Position numbers and translations under genes: made by a program. The notes beneath the pieces were generated by a model, which worked only from the letters and a program-made list of their open reading frames with translations, was not told the origin of the DNA and searched no databases. A stretch of 64,000 nucleotides of DNA from Thermoproteota archaeon (GTDB taxonomy: Archaea > Korarchaeota > JAOZGF01 > JAOZFZ01): the NCBI GenBank assembly GCA_027492035.1, contig JAOZFT010000004.1, positions 224,001 through 288,000 on the forward strand. Reading direction: 5' to 3'. Numbering within the stretch: the stretch's first letter is position 1; every line of letters starts with the position of its first letter. Positions 49,370-58,745 of the stretch are shown piece after piece.

Positions 49370-50624
49370 AGGAGCTACCTAAAACTTTCAATGCTTCCTT
49401 AGAAACTTTTTCCTTAAACTCCTTTGTAGTGTAGATCCTTATTACGTCGAAATGCCTCTTCAATAAATTAACGAATTCTGAAAACTCAGATATCAACCCT
49501 AAAAATTCAACTTCTCCTTTTACACGCTTAACTACCGGAAAATGAGTCAATCTCTCCTCTTTAACCTGATAAGGAATTGAAGGCAGGGTAGGTGTGTCAA
49601 TTATAACAAACTCTTTATCAACCCCGGCCTCCTCAGCTATCTCCAGTTCAATACTCCTTTTAACTTCCTCATTGGTTATTATCCTCGTGAGCAAGTCCTC
49701 CTCTGGCTGAAGCATCCTTTCAAAGGCAACTTTGAAAAGTCTCCTTTGAACTAACATTTCAAAAAAGTACTTCGCCCTCTTCAAGTTTTCATCCACCGGG
49801 TTAATATTTCGAAGCTGTCTAAGTTTTTCAAAAACAAATACATCATCTAGTCTTAAGTAATTTAAGGGTTCTGTCAATTGATCCAAACCTAAATAGTCAG
49901 AGGCTAGTTTCATTGAGTTGGAAAGCAGAAGTTCAGCGGATCTCACTGTTTTGTGGTAATAAACATTTTTAAACATCTCGAATCGTGCAATTAAAAACGC
50001 TTCTAAAGCTGATAAACCACCATAATCAATAGCTAAGCCTTCATTCAGCACTTCTAAGCTATAAATAAGCCTGTAAATATCTATTTTTCCGTATTCCACC
50101 CCCGTAAAATAAGAATCCCTCACCAGATAATCCATTTTATCCACATCAATAACTCCTTTTATTATTTTTCCAGGTATACCTTCTCCCTTTAAAACCGAGA
50201 CAACTTCCTTCAGCTGAAAACCAAGGTCCTCAATTAACTCCCTTAAAGAAGATTGTTTAATGATCCACAAAGTTAATTCTTCATGTCCTTTGGCCAAAAC
50301 AGATTTCAAAGCTTCCTCAAAAACGTGGCTGAAAGGTCCGTGGCCTATATCGTGAAGCAGGGCACAAACCTTCACTAACTCCATTTCTTCTTTGCTCAAC
50401 ACATTCTTTTCAAGTAATTGTGACGCTGTCCTGTCAGCTAAATGGAAAGTCCCCAGTGAATGATCAAACCTGGTGTGTACAGCCCCAGGATAAACTAGAT
50501 AAGCAGCTGCCAACTGCTTGATATTCCTTAATCTCTGAAAAAAGAGGGTATCTACTATTTCCATTTCATTTTTTGACAGGCGAATGTAGTTATGCACCGG
50601 ATCCTTTATTTCGACATAATCCAC
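49359..50624 (-). CDS. HD-domain dNTP triphosphohydrolase-like protein
   Basis: IKDPVH, QRLR.IKQL, HTRFDHSLG, LLHDIGHGPFSH, DVDKMDYLVRD, VYYHK. Confidence 0.93.
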   Translation of the reverse strand: MDYVEIKDPVHNYIRLSKNEMEIVDTLFFQRLRNIKQLAAAYLVYPGAVHTRFDHSLGTFHLADRTASQLLEKNVLSKEEMELVKVCALLHDIGHGPFSHVFEEALKSVLAKGHEELTLWIIKQSSLRELIEDLGFQLKEVVSVLKGEGIPGKIIKGVIDVDKMDYLVRDSYFTGVEYGKIDIYRLIYSLEVLNEGLAIDYGGLSALEAFLIARFEMFKNVYYHKTVRSAELLLSNSMKLASDYLGLDQLTEPLNYLRLDDVFVFEKLRQLRNINPVDENLKRAKYFFEMLVQRRLFKVAFERMLQPEEDLLTRIITNEEVKRSIELEIAEEAGVDKEFVIIDTPTLPSIPYQVKEERLTHFPVVKRVKGEVEFLGLISEFSEFVNLLKRHFDVIRIYTTKEFKEKVSKEALKVLGSSFSF

Positions 50625-50643
50625 AGAACCACCGAAATAGTTA

Positions 50644-50985
50644 CTAAGCCTTTTTCTTATAGAGGAAGTTCTGGATTTCTCTGCGGATAAGTATTATGTC
50701 TCTTTCGTTCATGCTACGAATGTTTTCGAACGATTCAGAAACTTTCACGATGTTCCCCACTGCATTAATTTTTTCAATTGGAACCTCTAATTCAATGTTT
50801 CTGCCCTGTGAATTAATTCCTTGAATCAAGATGCTTAATTTAGCCTCAGGAAAAGTAAATTTCAAAGACTTAACTACACCCACATACTTAGCATCTTTAT
50901 CAACCACTGCCTTACCTATAAATAAGCCTGGGAATTTTTTCTCAAACAACTCAGTTGACCCTGTCAGAGCAATCACCATCGCCAA
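50644..50985 (-). CDS. PRC-barrel-like protein
   Basis: IGKAVVDKDAKYVGVV...EVPIEKINAVGNIVKV pattern. Confidence 0.7.
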   Translation of the reverse strand: MAMVIALTGSTELFEKKFPGLFIGKAVVDKDAKYVGVVKSLKFTFPEAKLSILIQGINSQGRNIELEVPIEKINAVGNIVKVSESFENIRSMNERDIILIRREIQNFLYKKKA

Positions 50986-51040
50986 AATTCACTTTTTTAG
51001 ATAATTTGAGGTTTTCTTACTCGAAACATTTTTATATTTC

Positions 51041-51421
51041 TTACTGTTTTTCCTCCTTTAAAGTAATGGAATCCATTATTTCAATTAATTTCTTAAACAA
51101 AGATAACTGCAAGTTTAAAATATTCAACGTTTCCCTTATTTCTTCCTTTTCCTCCTCCCCCAATTTACTCAACAAGTCCGAATAACTTGAAATTTTCCCT
51201 AAAAGGTTTTTCTTCAAAGAGAAAAAAACCCCTAAGTCTTTGCTATAACCCTTTCTCTCCTTTTTCAAGAAAATTACTTCTCTTTTACAGTTGGGACACC
51301 AAGTTTTTCCATTCTGTTCAAACAGGGGGGATTTACAAATAGGACATATTTCAGGCAGCATCTTAGCCCCTTTCTTCAATAACTCAGCCATTTCTTTAAT
51401 GTTCCCACCCAAAAAAATCAA
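51041..51421 (-). CDS. UPF0148 (SSSCA1-like) Zn-finger protein
   Basis: MAELLKKGAKML...CPICKSPLF...CPNC. Confidence 0.88.
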   Translation of the reverse strand: MIFLGGNIKEMAELLKKGAKMLPEICPICKSPLFEQNGKTWCPNCKREVIFLKKERKGYSKDLGVFFSLKKNLLGKISSYSDLLSKLGEEEKEEIRETLNILNLQLSLFKKLIEIMDSITLKEEKQ

Positions 51422-51599
51422 CTCTTAAATTTTTATCAAGTTATACAAAGGCAGTGTAGGATAATGTCTCCTTTTCTCAATTAAATGGAAGAAAGAGAAA
51501 ATTTAAAAATTAACGCTAGTTAAGTATGAAGTAGCTCTGCTACGGAAACGTGACTGCTGAAAGTAATGAATAAAAAGAAGTAAATGTTCCTTTTTCTCG

Positions 51600-51896
51600 G
51601 TGACAAATCAATTCCAGGTGGCTTCTATGAGTAAAGAAGAAAAATATAAAGAAACAATAAATAGGATAGTCTCTATTCTAAGAAGTATAATAGAAGACAC
51701 TTCTGTCCCAAGAAATATAAGAAAAACAGCAAATGAAGCAATAACAACTCTCCTGAACAAAAACCAAACACCGGGTTTGAGAGCCAGTATCGTTACTTCT
51801 ATCCTTGATGAAATAAGTAACGATCCAAACATGCCTATGCATACAAGAACAAAAATATGGGCATGTATGAGCCAATTAGAAACAATAGTTGATTAA
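51600..51896 (+). CDS. UPF0147 family protein
   Basis: DTSVPRNIRK, LDEISNDPNMPMHTRTKIW; true start may be ATG 51627. Confidence 0.92.
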   Translation: MTNQFQVASMSKEEKYKETINRIVSILRSIIEDTSVPRNIRKTANEAITTLLNKNQTPGLRASIVTSILDEISNDPNMPMHTRTKIWACMSQLETIVD

Positions 51897-51929
51897 AGTT
51901 TCTGCCATGAAAAATATTTAGCTTTTCCG

Positions 51930-52014
51930 GCGGGGGTTGCCGAGCCAGGTTAAAGGCGCTAGCTTCAGGAGCTAGTGGATAAGCCCTGCGTGGGTTCAAA
52001 TCCCACCCCCCGCA
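51930..52014 (+). tRNA. tRNA-Leu(CAG), intronless
   Basis: GCGGGGG/CCCCCGC; stem CTAGC/GCTAG; loop TTCAGGA; long variable arm. Confidence 0.96.
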
Positions 52015-52057
52015 TAACTTAAACCTGTTTAAATTTCTCAATGGAGGAAAAAATCCG

Positions 52058-52573
52058 GTGAAACCTTGGGAATATATAATTCGAAGCATCTCCCGAAACG
52101 AAATAGATAATGTGATAAGGATTAACCGGGAATGCTTGCCCGAAAATTATTCCCGTTTCTTCTTCGAAGAAATCTTTAGGAATTTCCAAAGGTATTTTTT
52201 AGTAGCCGAATTTAACGGCAAAATTGTTGGTTACGCCATGGCTCGTGTGGAAACAATATTTCATTTGTTTAAATTGCAAAAAAAACTTCATTTAATCTCA
52301 ATAGCAGTGCTTCCATCCTTTAGAAGAATGGGGATCGCCTCTTCACTCCTTAAAAAACTGGAGGAAGAAGCAGTTTCGGCGGACATTTTTTCAATTTTTT
52401 TAGAAGTGAGGGTAAGTAATTACGGAGCTCTTTCATTATACAGAAAGATGGGTTTTAAAATGGTTCAGGTTTTGAAGAAATATTACAGGGACGGCGAAGA
52501 CGCTTATTTAATGGAAAAAATATTGTCGAGGGGAATGGGGCCGCCCGGATTTGAACCGGGGTTTCTCGGATGA
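52058..52573 (+). CDS. ard1: N-terminal acetyltransferase (Ard1/RimI GNAT)
   Basis: CLPENY, HLISIAV...RRMGIA, LEVRVSN..A..LY, YYRDGEDAYLM. Confidence 0.92.
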   Translation: MKPWEYIIRSISRNEIDNVIRINRECLPENYSRFFFEEIFRNFQRYFLVAEFNGKIVGYAMARVETIFHLFKLQKKLHLISIAVLPSFRRMGIASSLLKKLEEEAVSADIFSIFLEVRVSNYGALSLYRKMGFKMVQVLKKYYRDGEDAYLMEKILSRGMGPPGFEPGFLG

Positions 52574-52626
52574 ACACTCTCGAGAGCCCGAGTCTCGAAG
52601 GCTAGACCTAGCTACCCCACGGCCCC
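52536..52626 (-). tRNA. tRNA-Pro(CGG) with 16-nt intron in the variable loop, 45/46 (52563..52578)
   Basis: GGGGCCG/CGGCCCC; stem CGAGA/TCTCG. The 20-nt variable region has helix CTCG/CGAG with AGA and AAA bulges; splicing leaves AGAC. Confidence 0.91.
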
Positions 52627-52757
52627 CCTAATCCTTTACTTTTACTTAAGTAATTTTACGTTCAATTTTTCTAGGCAGTGAAACATTTATCTTTTTAAGT
52701 CCTATTCCTTAAATTTATTTTTGTTGTTTTTACTTTCAAAATTGAAAGGTAGATTTT

Positions 52758-53492
52758 GTGCTGTCAGAATTCATAAAGGATAAGTTAGCGGCTAGAATAG
52801 CTGGAGAGATAGTTCTATCTAAAAACCCGGGAGAAACCATGAAAAAATGGAGATTAATCTTTGGCGTCAGGCAATTGCAGTTAGCCAGTTTTTTAGGTTT
52901 CTCACCAAGCGTAATTTCGGACTATGAAGGGGGAAGGAGAAAATCACCAGGTTCACAAATAATAAGAAGGTTTGTTCTATCTTTAATAAAAATAGATGAA
53001 CTCAAGGGAGGAGAAAAACTTAACGAATTGGCAACTAAGCTTTACCCTGAATTTCTCACTCCTGCACTTGTTGACATGGGTGAATTCACTTTCCCTGTGA
53101 AAATAAAAATGATTCAAGAAGTCTTGGAAGCTAAAGTGCTTTATGGTACAGAGGAATCTCTAAACAGCACAATTTATGGGTATACAATAATTGACAGTAT
53201 AAAAGCCATAAAAACACTCTCCGGGGATGATTTTCTGAAATTCTTTGGACTTACAACCCAAAGAGCCTTAATTTTCACAAAGGTTGGAAGTGGAAGGTCA
53301 CCAATGGTTGCAATAAGAGTTAGAGGCTTTAAACCTGCAACTGTTATACTTCACGGCCCTGAAGAAGTGGATCCTCTAGCTATAGAACTAGCAAAAATAG
53401 AAAACTTGCCTTTGATGGTTTCAAGGTTACCCACTCCTGAAGAAATAGCTAAGAAAATACGTTCCTTAATGGAGAGAGGGGGAGGAATATAA
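52758..53492 (+). CDS. HTH transcriptional regulator (COG1709 type)
   Basis: IAGEIVLS..PG.TMKKWR, SPSVISDYEGGRRKSPG, TKVGSGRSPMVAIRV; upstream of the mevalonate cluster. Confidence 0.9.
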   Translation: MLSEFIKDKLAARIAGEIVLSKNPGETMKKWRLIFGVRQLQLASFLGFSPSVISDYEGGRRKSPGSQIIRRFVLSLIKIDELKGGEKLNELATKLYPEFLTPALVDMGEFTFPVKIKMIQEVLEAKVLYGTEESLNSTIYGYTIIDSIKAIKTLSGDDFLKFFGLTTQRALIFTKVGSGRSPMVAIRVRGFKPATVILHGPEEVDPLAIELAKIENLPLMVSRLPTPEEIAKKIRSLMERGGGI

Positions 53493-53699
53493 ATTAGTTT
53501 ATTAACGTAAAATAATTTATTAATAAACGAAAAATTTATAAATAAGTATGTAATAAAAGGCTTAATTTACCAAGCAACACCCTTTAAAGGGGTTAAATGG
53601 AAGTCCAGTTTCCAAATTCTTTTTGCAGTGTCAACAGTAATCATCTTTCAAAGTTAAAGGCACCATTTTCTTCTGCAGTTATTTTCATGAGGTGATCCA

Positions 53700-54761
53700 T
53701 TGAAAAACAAAATTGATGTCGACATACTAGGTTGGGGAGGATATGTCCCAATTTACAGGATTTCAGTTGATGAAATAAGTAAAGAATGGGGTGAAAACCC
53801 TTTAAAATGGAGAAAAATGCTTGGGTTATGTGAAAAATCAGTCCCTTCCCTAGACGAGGACTCAACCACACTGGCTGTGGAGGCATGTAAAATTTGCTTA
53901 AAAAGGGCTCAGGTGGATCCCTCTGAAATTACTGCCATTTATGTAGGCACTGAGTCGAAAGCTTACGCTGTAAAACCCACTTCCACAATTATAGCTCAAG
54001 CGCTAGGGTTATCGCCATCTATTTCTTCCGCAGATATGGAATTCGCTTGTAAAGCTGGCACTGAAGCCTTAACCGTCTGTATGAGCCAAGTTATCTCGAG
54101 AGGAGGGGTGGGTTTAGCCATAGGGACCGATACTGCTCAAGGCAGACCTAAAGATCCCCTAGAGTACTCTGCCGGAGCTGGAGCTGCTGCATTTATTTTG
54201 GGCAGTAAACACTCTAAAAGGGAGTCAGCTGCAAAAATCCTTTTTCATTACTCCTATGTTACTGACACACCTGATTTTTGGAGAAAGAATGGCGATAAAT
54301 ATCCCTGCCATGCTGAAAGATTTACCGGCTCCCCTGCATACTTCAAACATACAGTGAATGCAGCTAGAACATTAATGAAAACAGTTGGAACTAACCCTTC
54401 AGATTACCAGCATGTAATTTTTCACCAGCCTAATGGTAAGTTTCCTCTTAAAGCCGCTAAACTTTTAGGGTTCGTTAAGAAACAGCTAAAATATGGTTTA
54501 CTGGTGGATAAGATAGGGAATACTTACTCAGCTAATTCCCTTCTTGGACTTGTTTCAGTTTTAGATAATGCAGCCCCAGGCGATAAAATATTGCTTGTGT
54601 CCTTCGGCTCAGGAGCTGGTAGTGACGCCTTCCACTTAGAGGTTCAAGAAGGAATAAGTGAAAAGAAGAGGTTAGCTTTACCGCTTGAAAAATTCATTAA
54701 CAGAAAAATAAATGTTTCCTATGGGTCTTATGTTAGGAAACGTGCAATGCTTTATGTTTAA
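53700..54761 (+). CDS. hmgB: HMG-CoA synthase (archaeal)
   Basis: DEDSTT, GTESKAYAVKP, EFACKAG, FHQPNGKFP, IGNTYS, SFGSGAGSD. Confidence 0.95.
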   Translation: MKNKIDVDILGWGGYVPIYRISVDEISKEWGENPLKWRKMLGLCEKSVPSLDEDSTTLAVEACKICLKRAQVDPSEITAIYVGTESKAYAVKPTSTIIAQALGLSPSISSADMEFACKAGTEALTVCMSQVISRGGVGLAIGTDTAQGRPKDPLEYSAGAGAAAFILGSKHSKRESAAKILFHYSYVTDTPDFWRKNGDKYPCHAERFTGSPAYFKHTVNAARTLMKTVGTNPSDYQHVIFHQPNGKFPLKAAKLLGFVKKQLKYGLLVDKIGNTYSANSLLGLVSVLDNAAPGDKILLVSFGSGAGSDAFHLEVQEGISEKKRLALPLEKFINRKINVSYGSYVRKRAMLYV

Positions 54762-54785
54762 TTAACTGTTTAAGGTGTTTTTATT

Positions 54786-55943
54786 TTGAGAAGGGTTGTC
54801 ATGGCTGGCTACGGCTTAATCAGGGTTGGTGAGCATTGGAATAAGTCATTAAGGCACTTAGGTGCTGAAGTCTACTTGGATTTAGTTAGCAGGGTTGGTG
54901 AAGTGAAAATAAATAAAGTGTATGTCTCAAGCCTATTTGCCGCGGAGTCATCTCATCAATATCTATTTGCTCCCCTACTAGCGGACCATTTAGGTTTAGA
55001 GCATGTTCCTGCTACAAGAGTAGAAGCTGGAGATGCTTCTGGTGGAATAGCTGTTCATGAAGCGTTTTTAAGTATAAAATCAGGAATGTTTGACAGTGTC
55101 TTGGTTATTGGTGCAGAGAAAATGACAGAGCATGTTGCTTCTATTTCTACAGAGAGTAGAGCAAAACTACTTGATTCAAAATATGAATCCCCCCACGGTT
55201 TAACTTTGGCAGGTACTTATGCATTAATGATGCGTGAATACATGGACAAATACTCTGTACCAAGAGAAGCTTTCGGCATGTTTTCTGTAGAAATGCATAA
55301 AAATGCAGTAAATAACCCGTACGCCCAATTAAGATTTCCAATTACCCTAGAAAAGTATTTTGAATCACCTACAACAGCTGACCCTTTAAAACTCTACGAT
55401 TGCGCCCCTATAAGTGACGGAGCTGCAGCTTTGCTCCTAACTTCCCTAGATTACGGGAAGGAAATCAGCGACTCATTAGTTGAAATAAAGGCTAGTTCAG
55501 CAGCCACAGATAATTTCTCAATTATTGACCGTGACTCTATACTTGAACTTAAAAGTACAAGTAAAGCTTTAGAAGAAGCTCTTTCAGAAGCCAAAGTTAA
55601 GAGAAGAAACATTGACGTCTTAGAAATACATGACTCCTTCACAATTGCCGCTTTCCTTTCTCTTGAAAGTTTAGGTTTCTCACAGAAAGGCAAAACTCAT
55701 GAACTTGTTTTAAATAATTATTTCTCCAAAGATTCAGATTTACCTGTTAACCCAGGTGGTGGATTAAAAGCTAGAGGCCATCCTATGGGAGCAACAGGTG
55801 TTTATCAGCTTGTGGAAAGCTATATGCAACTCACTGGTGAAGCTGGTCACTTCCAAGTACCTGACCCGAAAAATATCCTTGTTCAAAATATGGGGGGCAC
55901 AGGTTCCATTACTGCAGTTCATATTTTAAGTAGAATCGAATGA
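54786..55943 (+). CDS. Acetoacetyl-CoA thiolase-family protein (nucleophilic Cys replaced by Asp)
   Basis: GAEKM, NPYAQ, CAPISDGAAA, EIHDSF, NPGGGLKARGHPMGATG; lies in the HMGS-thiolase-DUF35 operon. Confidence 0.9.
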   Translation: MRRVVMAGYGLIRVGEHWNKSLRHLGAEVYLDLVSRVGEVKINKVYVSSLFAAESSHQYLFAPLLADHLGLEHVPATRVEAGDASGGIAVHEAFLSIKSGMFDSVLVIGAEKMTEHVASISTESRAKLLDSKYESPHGLTLAGTYALMMREYMDKYSVPREAFGMFSVEMHKNAVNNPYAQLRFPITLEKYFESPTTADPLKLYDCAPISDGAAALLLTSLDYGKEISDSLVEIKASSAATDNFSIIDRDSILELKSTSKALEEALSEAKVKRRNIDVLEIHDSFTIAAFLSLESLGFSQKGKTHELVLNNYFSKDSDLPVNPGGGLKARGHPMGATGVYQLVESYMQLTGEAGHFQVPDPKNILVQNMGGTGSITAVHILSRIE

Positions 55944-56359
55944 GAAAGAGATGGTTACTTGTGGCTAGTGCACCTCAGGTATGGAGGGAATCAAAGCAAA
56001 GGTATAAATTAATAGGTTTCGAATGTGAAAACTGCAAAAGACCCTTCTTTGTTGAAAGGGTAATCTGTCCCAACTGTAAATCAAGGAAAATAAGGGAAAT
56101 AAGGTTGGGTGCTGAAGGAACAGTAGAAAGCTTTACTGTCATATTTAACCCACCTAAAAAATTTGAGTACCACTCCCCTTATATAATTGGGTTAATTAAA
56201 TTGAAGAAAGGGGTTAAAGTAATTGGGCAAATTGTTGATTGTCTCCCTCAAGAGGTTAAAGTAGGGTTGGAAGTGGAAGTCTCCTTCAGAATTGTTTCTA
56301 AAGATGAAGACACGGGTTTAATTATGTATGGCTATAAATTTAGACCTAAAATCTATTAA
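55940..56359 (+). CDS. DUF35 Zn-ribbon/OB-fold scaffold protein
   Basis: CENC...CPNC, GTVESFT, YGYKFRP; third gene of the operon. Confidence 0.93.
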   Translation: MRKRWLLVASAPQVWRESKQRYKLIGFECENCKRPFFVERVICPNCKSRKIREIRLGAEGTVESFTVIFNPPKKFEYHSPYIIGLIKLKKGVKVIGQIVDCLPQEVKVGLEVEVSFRIVSKDEDTGLIMYGYKFRPKIY

Positions 56360-56370
56360 AAACAACTTCT

Positions 56371-56727
56371 CTACTTTCCTGATTTTAATTTAAGGATTGC
56401 ACCAGCTAAATCTCCCTTTTCCTCAATTAACGCTTTTTTAGCTGCTTCATAATCAACTCCAGCTTTTTCTGCAACCAAGGCAATATCCTCTTCGGGTATC
56501 TCTAATTCTTCCTCTATCTCCTCTTCTATTATTTCCCCCTCGATTTGAATAACCTTTCTTGGACCGTAGCTTACAACTGAAACTACAGGATCGTAAACAA
56601 CGAGTTTTTTTTCATTTCCCTCCAGAACAACTTTATTTATATCTTCTAAAGGCTCAATACTAACCCCCATTTTCTTCATTAACCGTGTTATCTCTCTTTG
56701 ACTCGGCATTTTTCTTAAAGGCTTCAA
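56371..56727 (-). CDS. nac: Nascent polypeptide-associated complex protein
   Basis: MKKMGV NAC domain and UBA-like EEDIALVAEKAGV...GDLAGAILKL. Confidence 0.93.
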   Translation of the reverse strand: MKPLRKMPSQREITRLMKKMGVSIEPLEDINKVVLEGNEKKLVVYDPVVSVVSYGPRKVIQIEGEIIEEEIEEELEIPEEDIALVAEKAGVDYEAAKKALIEEKGDLAGAILKLKSGK

Positions 56728-56920
56728 GTAAATCCCTCCCTAAGTTTTCGGCTCTAAGTAGTTGCGTTAAGTTTTTAAACTGCTTAAATATAAATTAAGT
56801 GTTTAAATTTTAAAAACATATCAAACTATTCCTTTAACAAGGAAGAATTTAACCATTTTAAACTAAACCTAACACCTTTAACGGAAACAATAAAAACCTA
56901 AAGGGGAAAATGGGGGAATT

Positions 56921-57445
56921 ATGTTTTGTGAAATTTGCGGGAAAAAAATAACCTCTACCCTCTACCGAATAACTCTTGAGGGGAGTGTGTTAATAGTTTG
57001 TAAAGAGTGTTCAGTTTTTGGAGAAAATGCAAAACCCTATATACCCAAAAAAACTGTACCTAAACCAAAAGAAAAAAGGGGGACTAAAGAAACCCGGTAT
57101 AAGAAAAATCTCAAGGTAATTAAGGAACCAAAAGATAAAGGTTTCGACGAAGAGTATGAGATAGTTGAGAATTACAGTGAAATAATAAAGGGTATAAGAT
57201 TGAAACTAGGCTTAAAACAGGAAAAATTTGCAGAAATCCTCAATGAAAAAACTTCCTTAATTAAGAAAATAGAAAAAGGAGCTATAGAACCCTCTTTAGA
57301 TCTTGCAAGGAAAATAGAGAGAAGGTTTAATGTAAAAATTATCAAAGAAAAGGTCCAGGAAGAAGTATTAAATTCCAAGTTTTCAGGTAAGGAAGAAGCT
57401 TTAACTTTAGGTGAAATAGCAAGAATCAAAGAGAAGCGTAGTTGA
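56921..57445 (+). CDS. mbf1: Multiprotein bridging factor aMBF1
   Basis: CEICG...VCKEC Zn ribbon, EIVENY, HTH, LTLGE. Confidence 0.93.
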   Translation: MFCEICGKKITSTLYRITLEGSVLIVCKECSVFGENAKPYIPKKTVPKPKEKRGTKETRYKKNLKVIKEPKDKGFDEEYEIVENYSEIIKGIRLKLGLKQEKFAEILNEKTSLIKKIEKGAIEPSLDLARKIERRFNVKIIKEKVQEEVLNSKFSGKEEALTLGEIARIKEKRS

Positions 57446-57455
57446 AGGCCCTTTC

Positions 57456-57980
57456 CTATATAGCAATTACTTTTTTTCCCTTTTCTGAAGGCAAAATTTT
57501 TACTTTAGCATTAGGGTATTTAAAATAAATTTCTCTTCCATCAAATAACCTATCCAGAAAAACAGCTAATGCAGCTATTTCGGAATGTGGTTGGTTAGTT
57601 ACTGAAATGTTATAATCTGAAACTTCATACACCCAACCAGGCACTTTCTCCGCTCCTACCACAACCATGATTTTTTTTTCCTCCCTAAGTTCATTCACTT
57701 TTTCCAATAAGGGCACACCATACATCGTTAAATGAACAACCACCCCTCCCTTCTTTCTCCATTCCAGAACTAGTTCTCTAGGTTTTTCGGTTGAGTTTAC
57801 TTGGAACTTTCCTCCAAAGATTTCACAAACCCTTTTTACCCTTTCTTCTATTTCTTTTTCGTAAATGTTTGCGAAAATTATTTCCTTAGCTCCGAAGGCT
57901 CTAGCAACTAAAGCTACATGTGTACTAACTCTTTTATCCCTACTTAACCTATGCCCAAGCCTTAAAACCACAATTTCCAT
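57456..57980 (-). CDS. trm56: tRNA (cytidine56-2'-O)-methyltransferase
   Basis: RLGHR..RDKRVSTH, VHLTMYG, VGAEKVP, NQPHSEIAALA. Confidence 0.96.
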   Translation of the reverse strand: MEIVVLRLGHRLSRDKRVSTHVALVARAFGAKEIIFANIYEKEIEERVKRVCEIFGGKFQVNSTEKPRELVLEWRKKGGVVVHLTMYGVPLLEKVNELREEKKIMVVVGAEKVPGWVYEVSDYNISVTNQPHSEIAALAVFLDRLFDGREIYFKYPNAKVKILPSEKGKKVIAI

Positions 57981-58098
57981 TAATCCTCTCCATTTTTGGA
58001 AAGGGATAAATGTATAAATTTATATTTTTCATTTACCCTTACAACCTCTTAAAAACAAAAAAAGTTAAATTCTTCCAGTTTAGAAAGGGGAGGCTTTT

Positions 58099-58614
58099 AT
58101 GTCACTTACTTTGCAACATATTGAGAAGTATCCTTTTTTTGATGTTATTGAGCAAATAGCAGGAGAAGAAGCATGTGAAATAGTGAAATCTCTTCTCTTC
58201 GAAGATAAAACAATTAAAGAGATAGCTAAAGACACAGGGTTAAAAATTAACTTAATAAGGAAAGTACTGTATAAATTAAACAAATACTATATTGCCACTT
58301 ACGAAAAAAGCGAGAAGAAAATAAACCCTATCTTCAGGGAGTTCACATGGAGATTTAACCCTCAAGCAGTTGTGAAGTATGTAGAGAAGAGAAAAGAAGT
58401 TCTAATTGATAACTTAAAAAAGAACCTTAATTACCTAAGCCAAAAACAAGTATTCTTCTGCGGAAACCAAGGCTGCTCAACCTATGATTTCGAAAAAGCC
58501 TTTGAATTAAATTTTAAATGCCCTAACTGTAATACCGCTTTGAAACTTCTAGATTCCACAACTACAATAAATAAAATAAAGACCTTCCTAAGCAAAGTCT
58601 ACACAAATTACTAA
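58099..58614 (+). CDS. tfe: Transcription factor E alpha
   Basis: wHTH (EIAKDTGLKINLIRKVLYKL) and Zn ribbon FFC...C...FEKAFELNFKCPNC. Confidence 0.9.
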   Translation: MSLTLQHIEKYPFFDVIEQIAGEEACEIVKSLLFEDKTIKEIAKDTGLKINLIRKVLYKLNKYYIATYEKSEKKINPIFREFTWRFNPQAVVKYVEKRKEVLIDNLKKNLNYLSQKQVFFCGNQGCSTYDFEKAFELNFKCPNCNTALKLLDSTTTINKIKTFLSKVYTNY

Positions 58615-58655
58615 TGGAAACGATCTTATTTTAAATTTGTTTATCCTAAACCTGT

Positions 58656-58745
58656 GGGCCGGTGGTCTAGACGGCTATGACGTCGCCCTTACGTGACATT
58701 TGCTGAGTAAGGCGGAGGTCGTGGGTTCGAATCCCACCCGGCCCA
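58656..58745 (+). tRNA. tRNA-Val(TAC) with 16-nt intron at 37/38 (58694..58709)
   Basis: GGGCCGG/CCGGCCC; stem TCGCC/GGCGG; helix CTTA/TGAG. Confidence 0.94.

Noticed and set aside
51524-51561. Small hairpins (GTAGC/GCTAC; TACG-GAAA-CGTG) between divergent genes
   Set aside because: Too short and mutually overlapping to support an ncRNA call.
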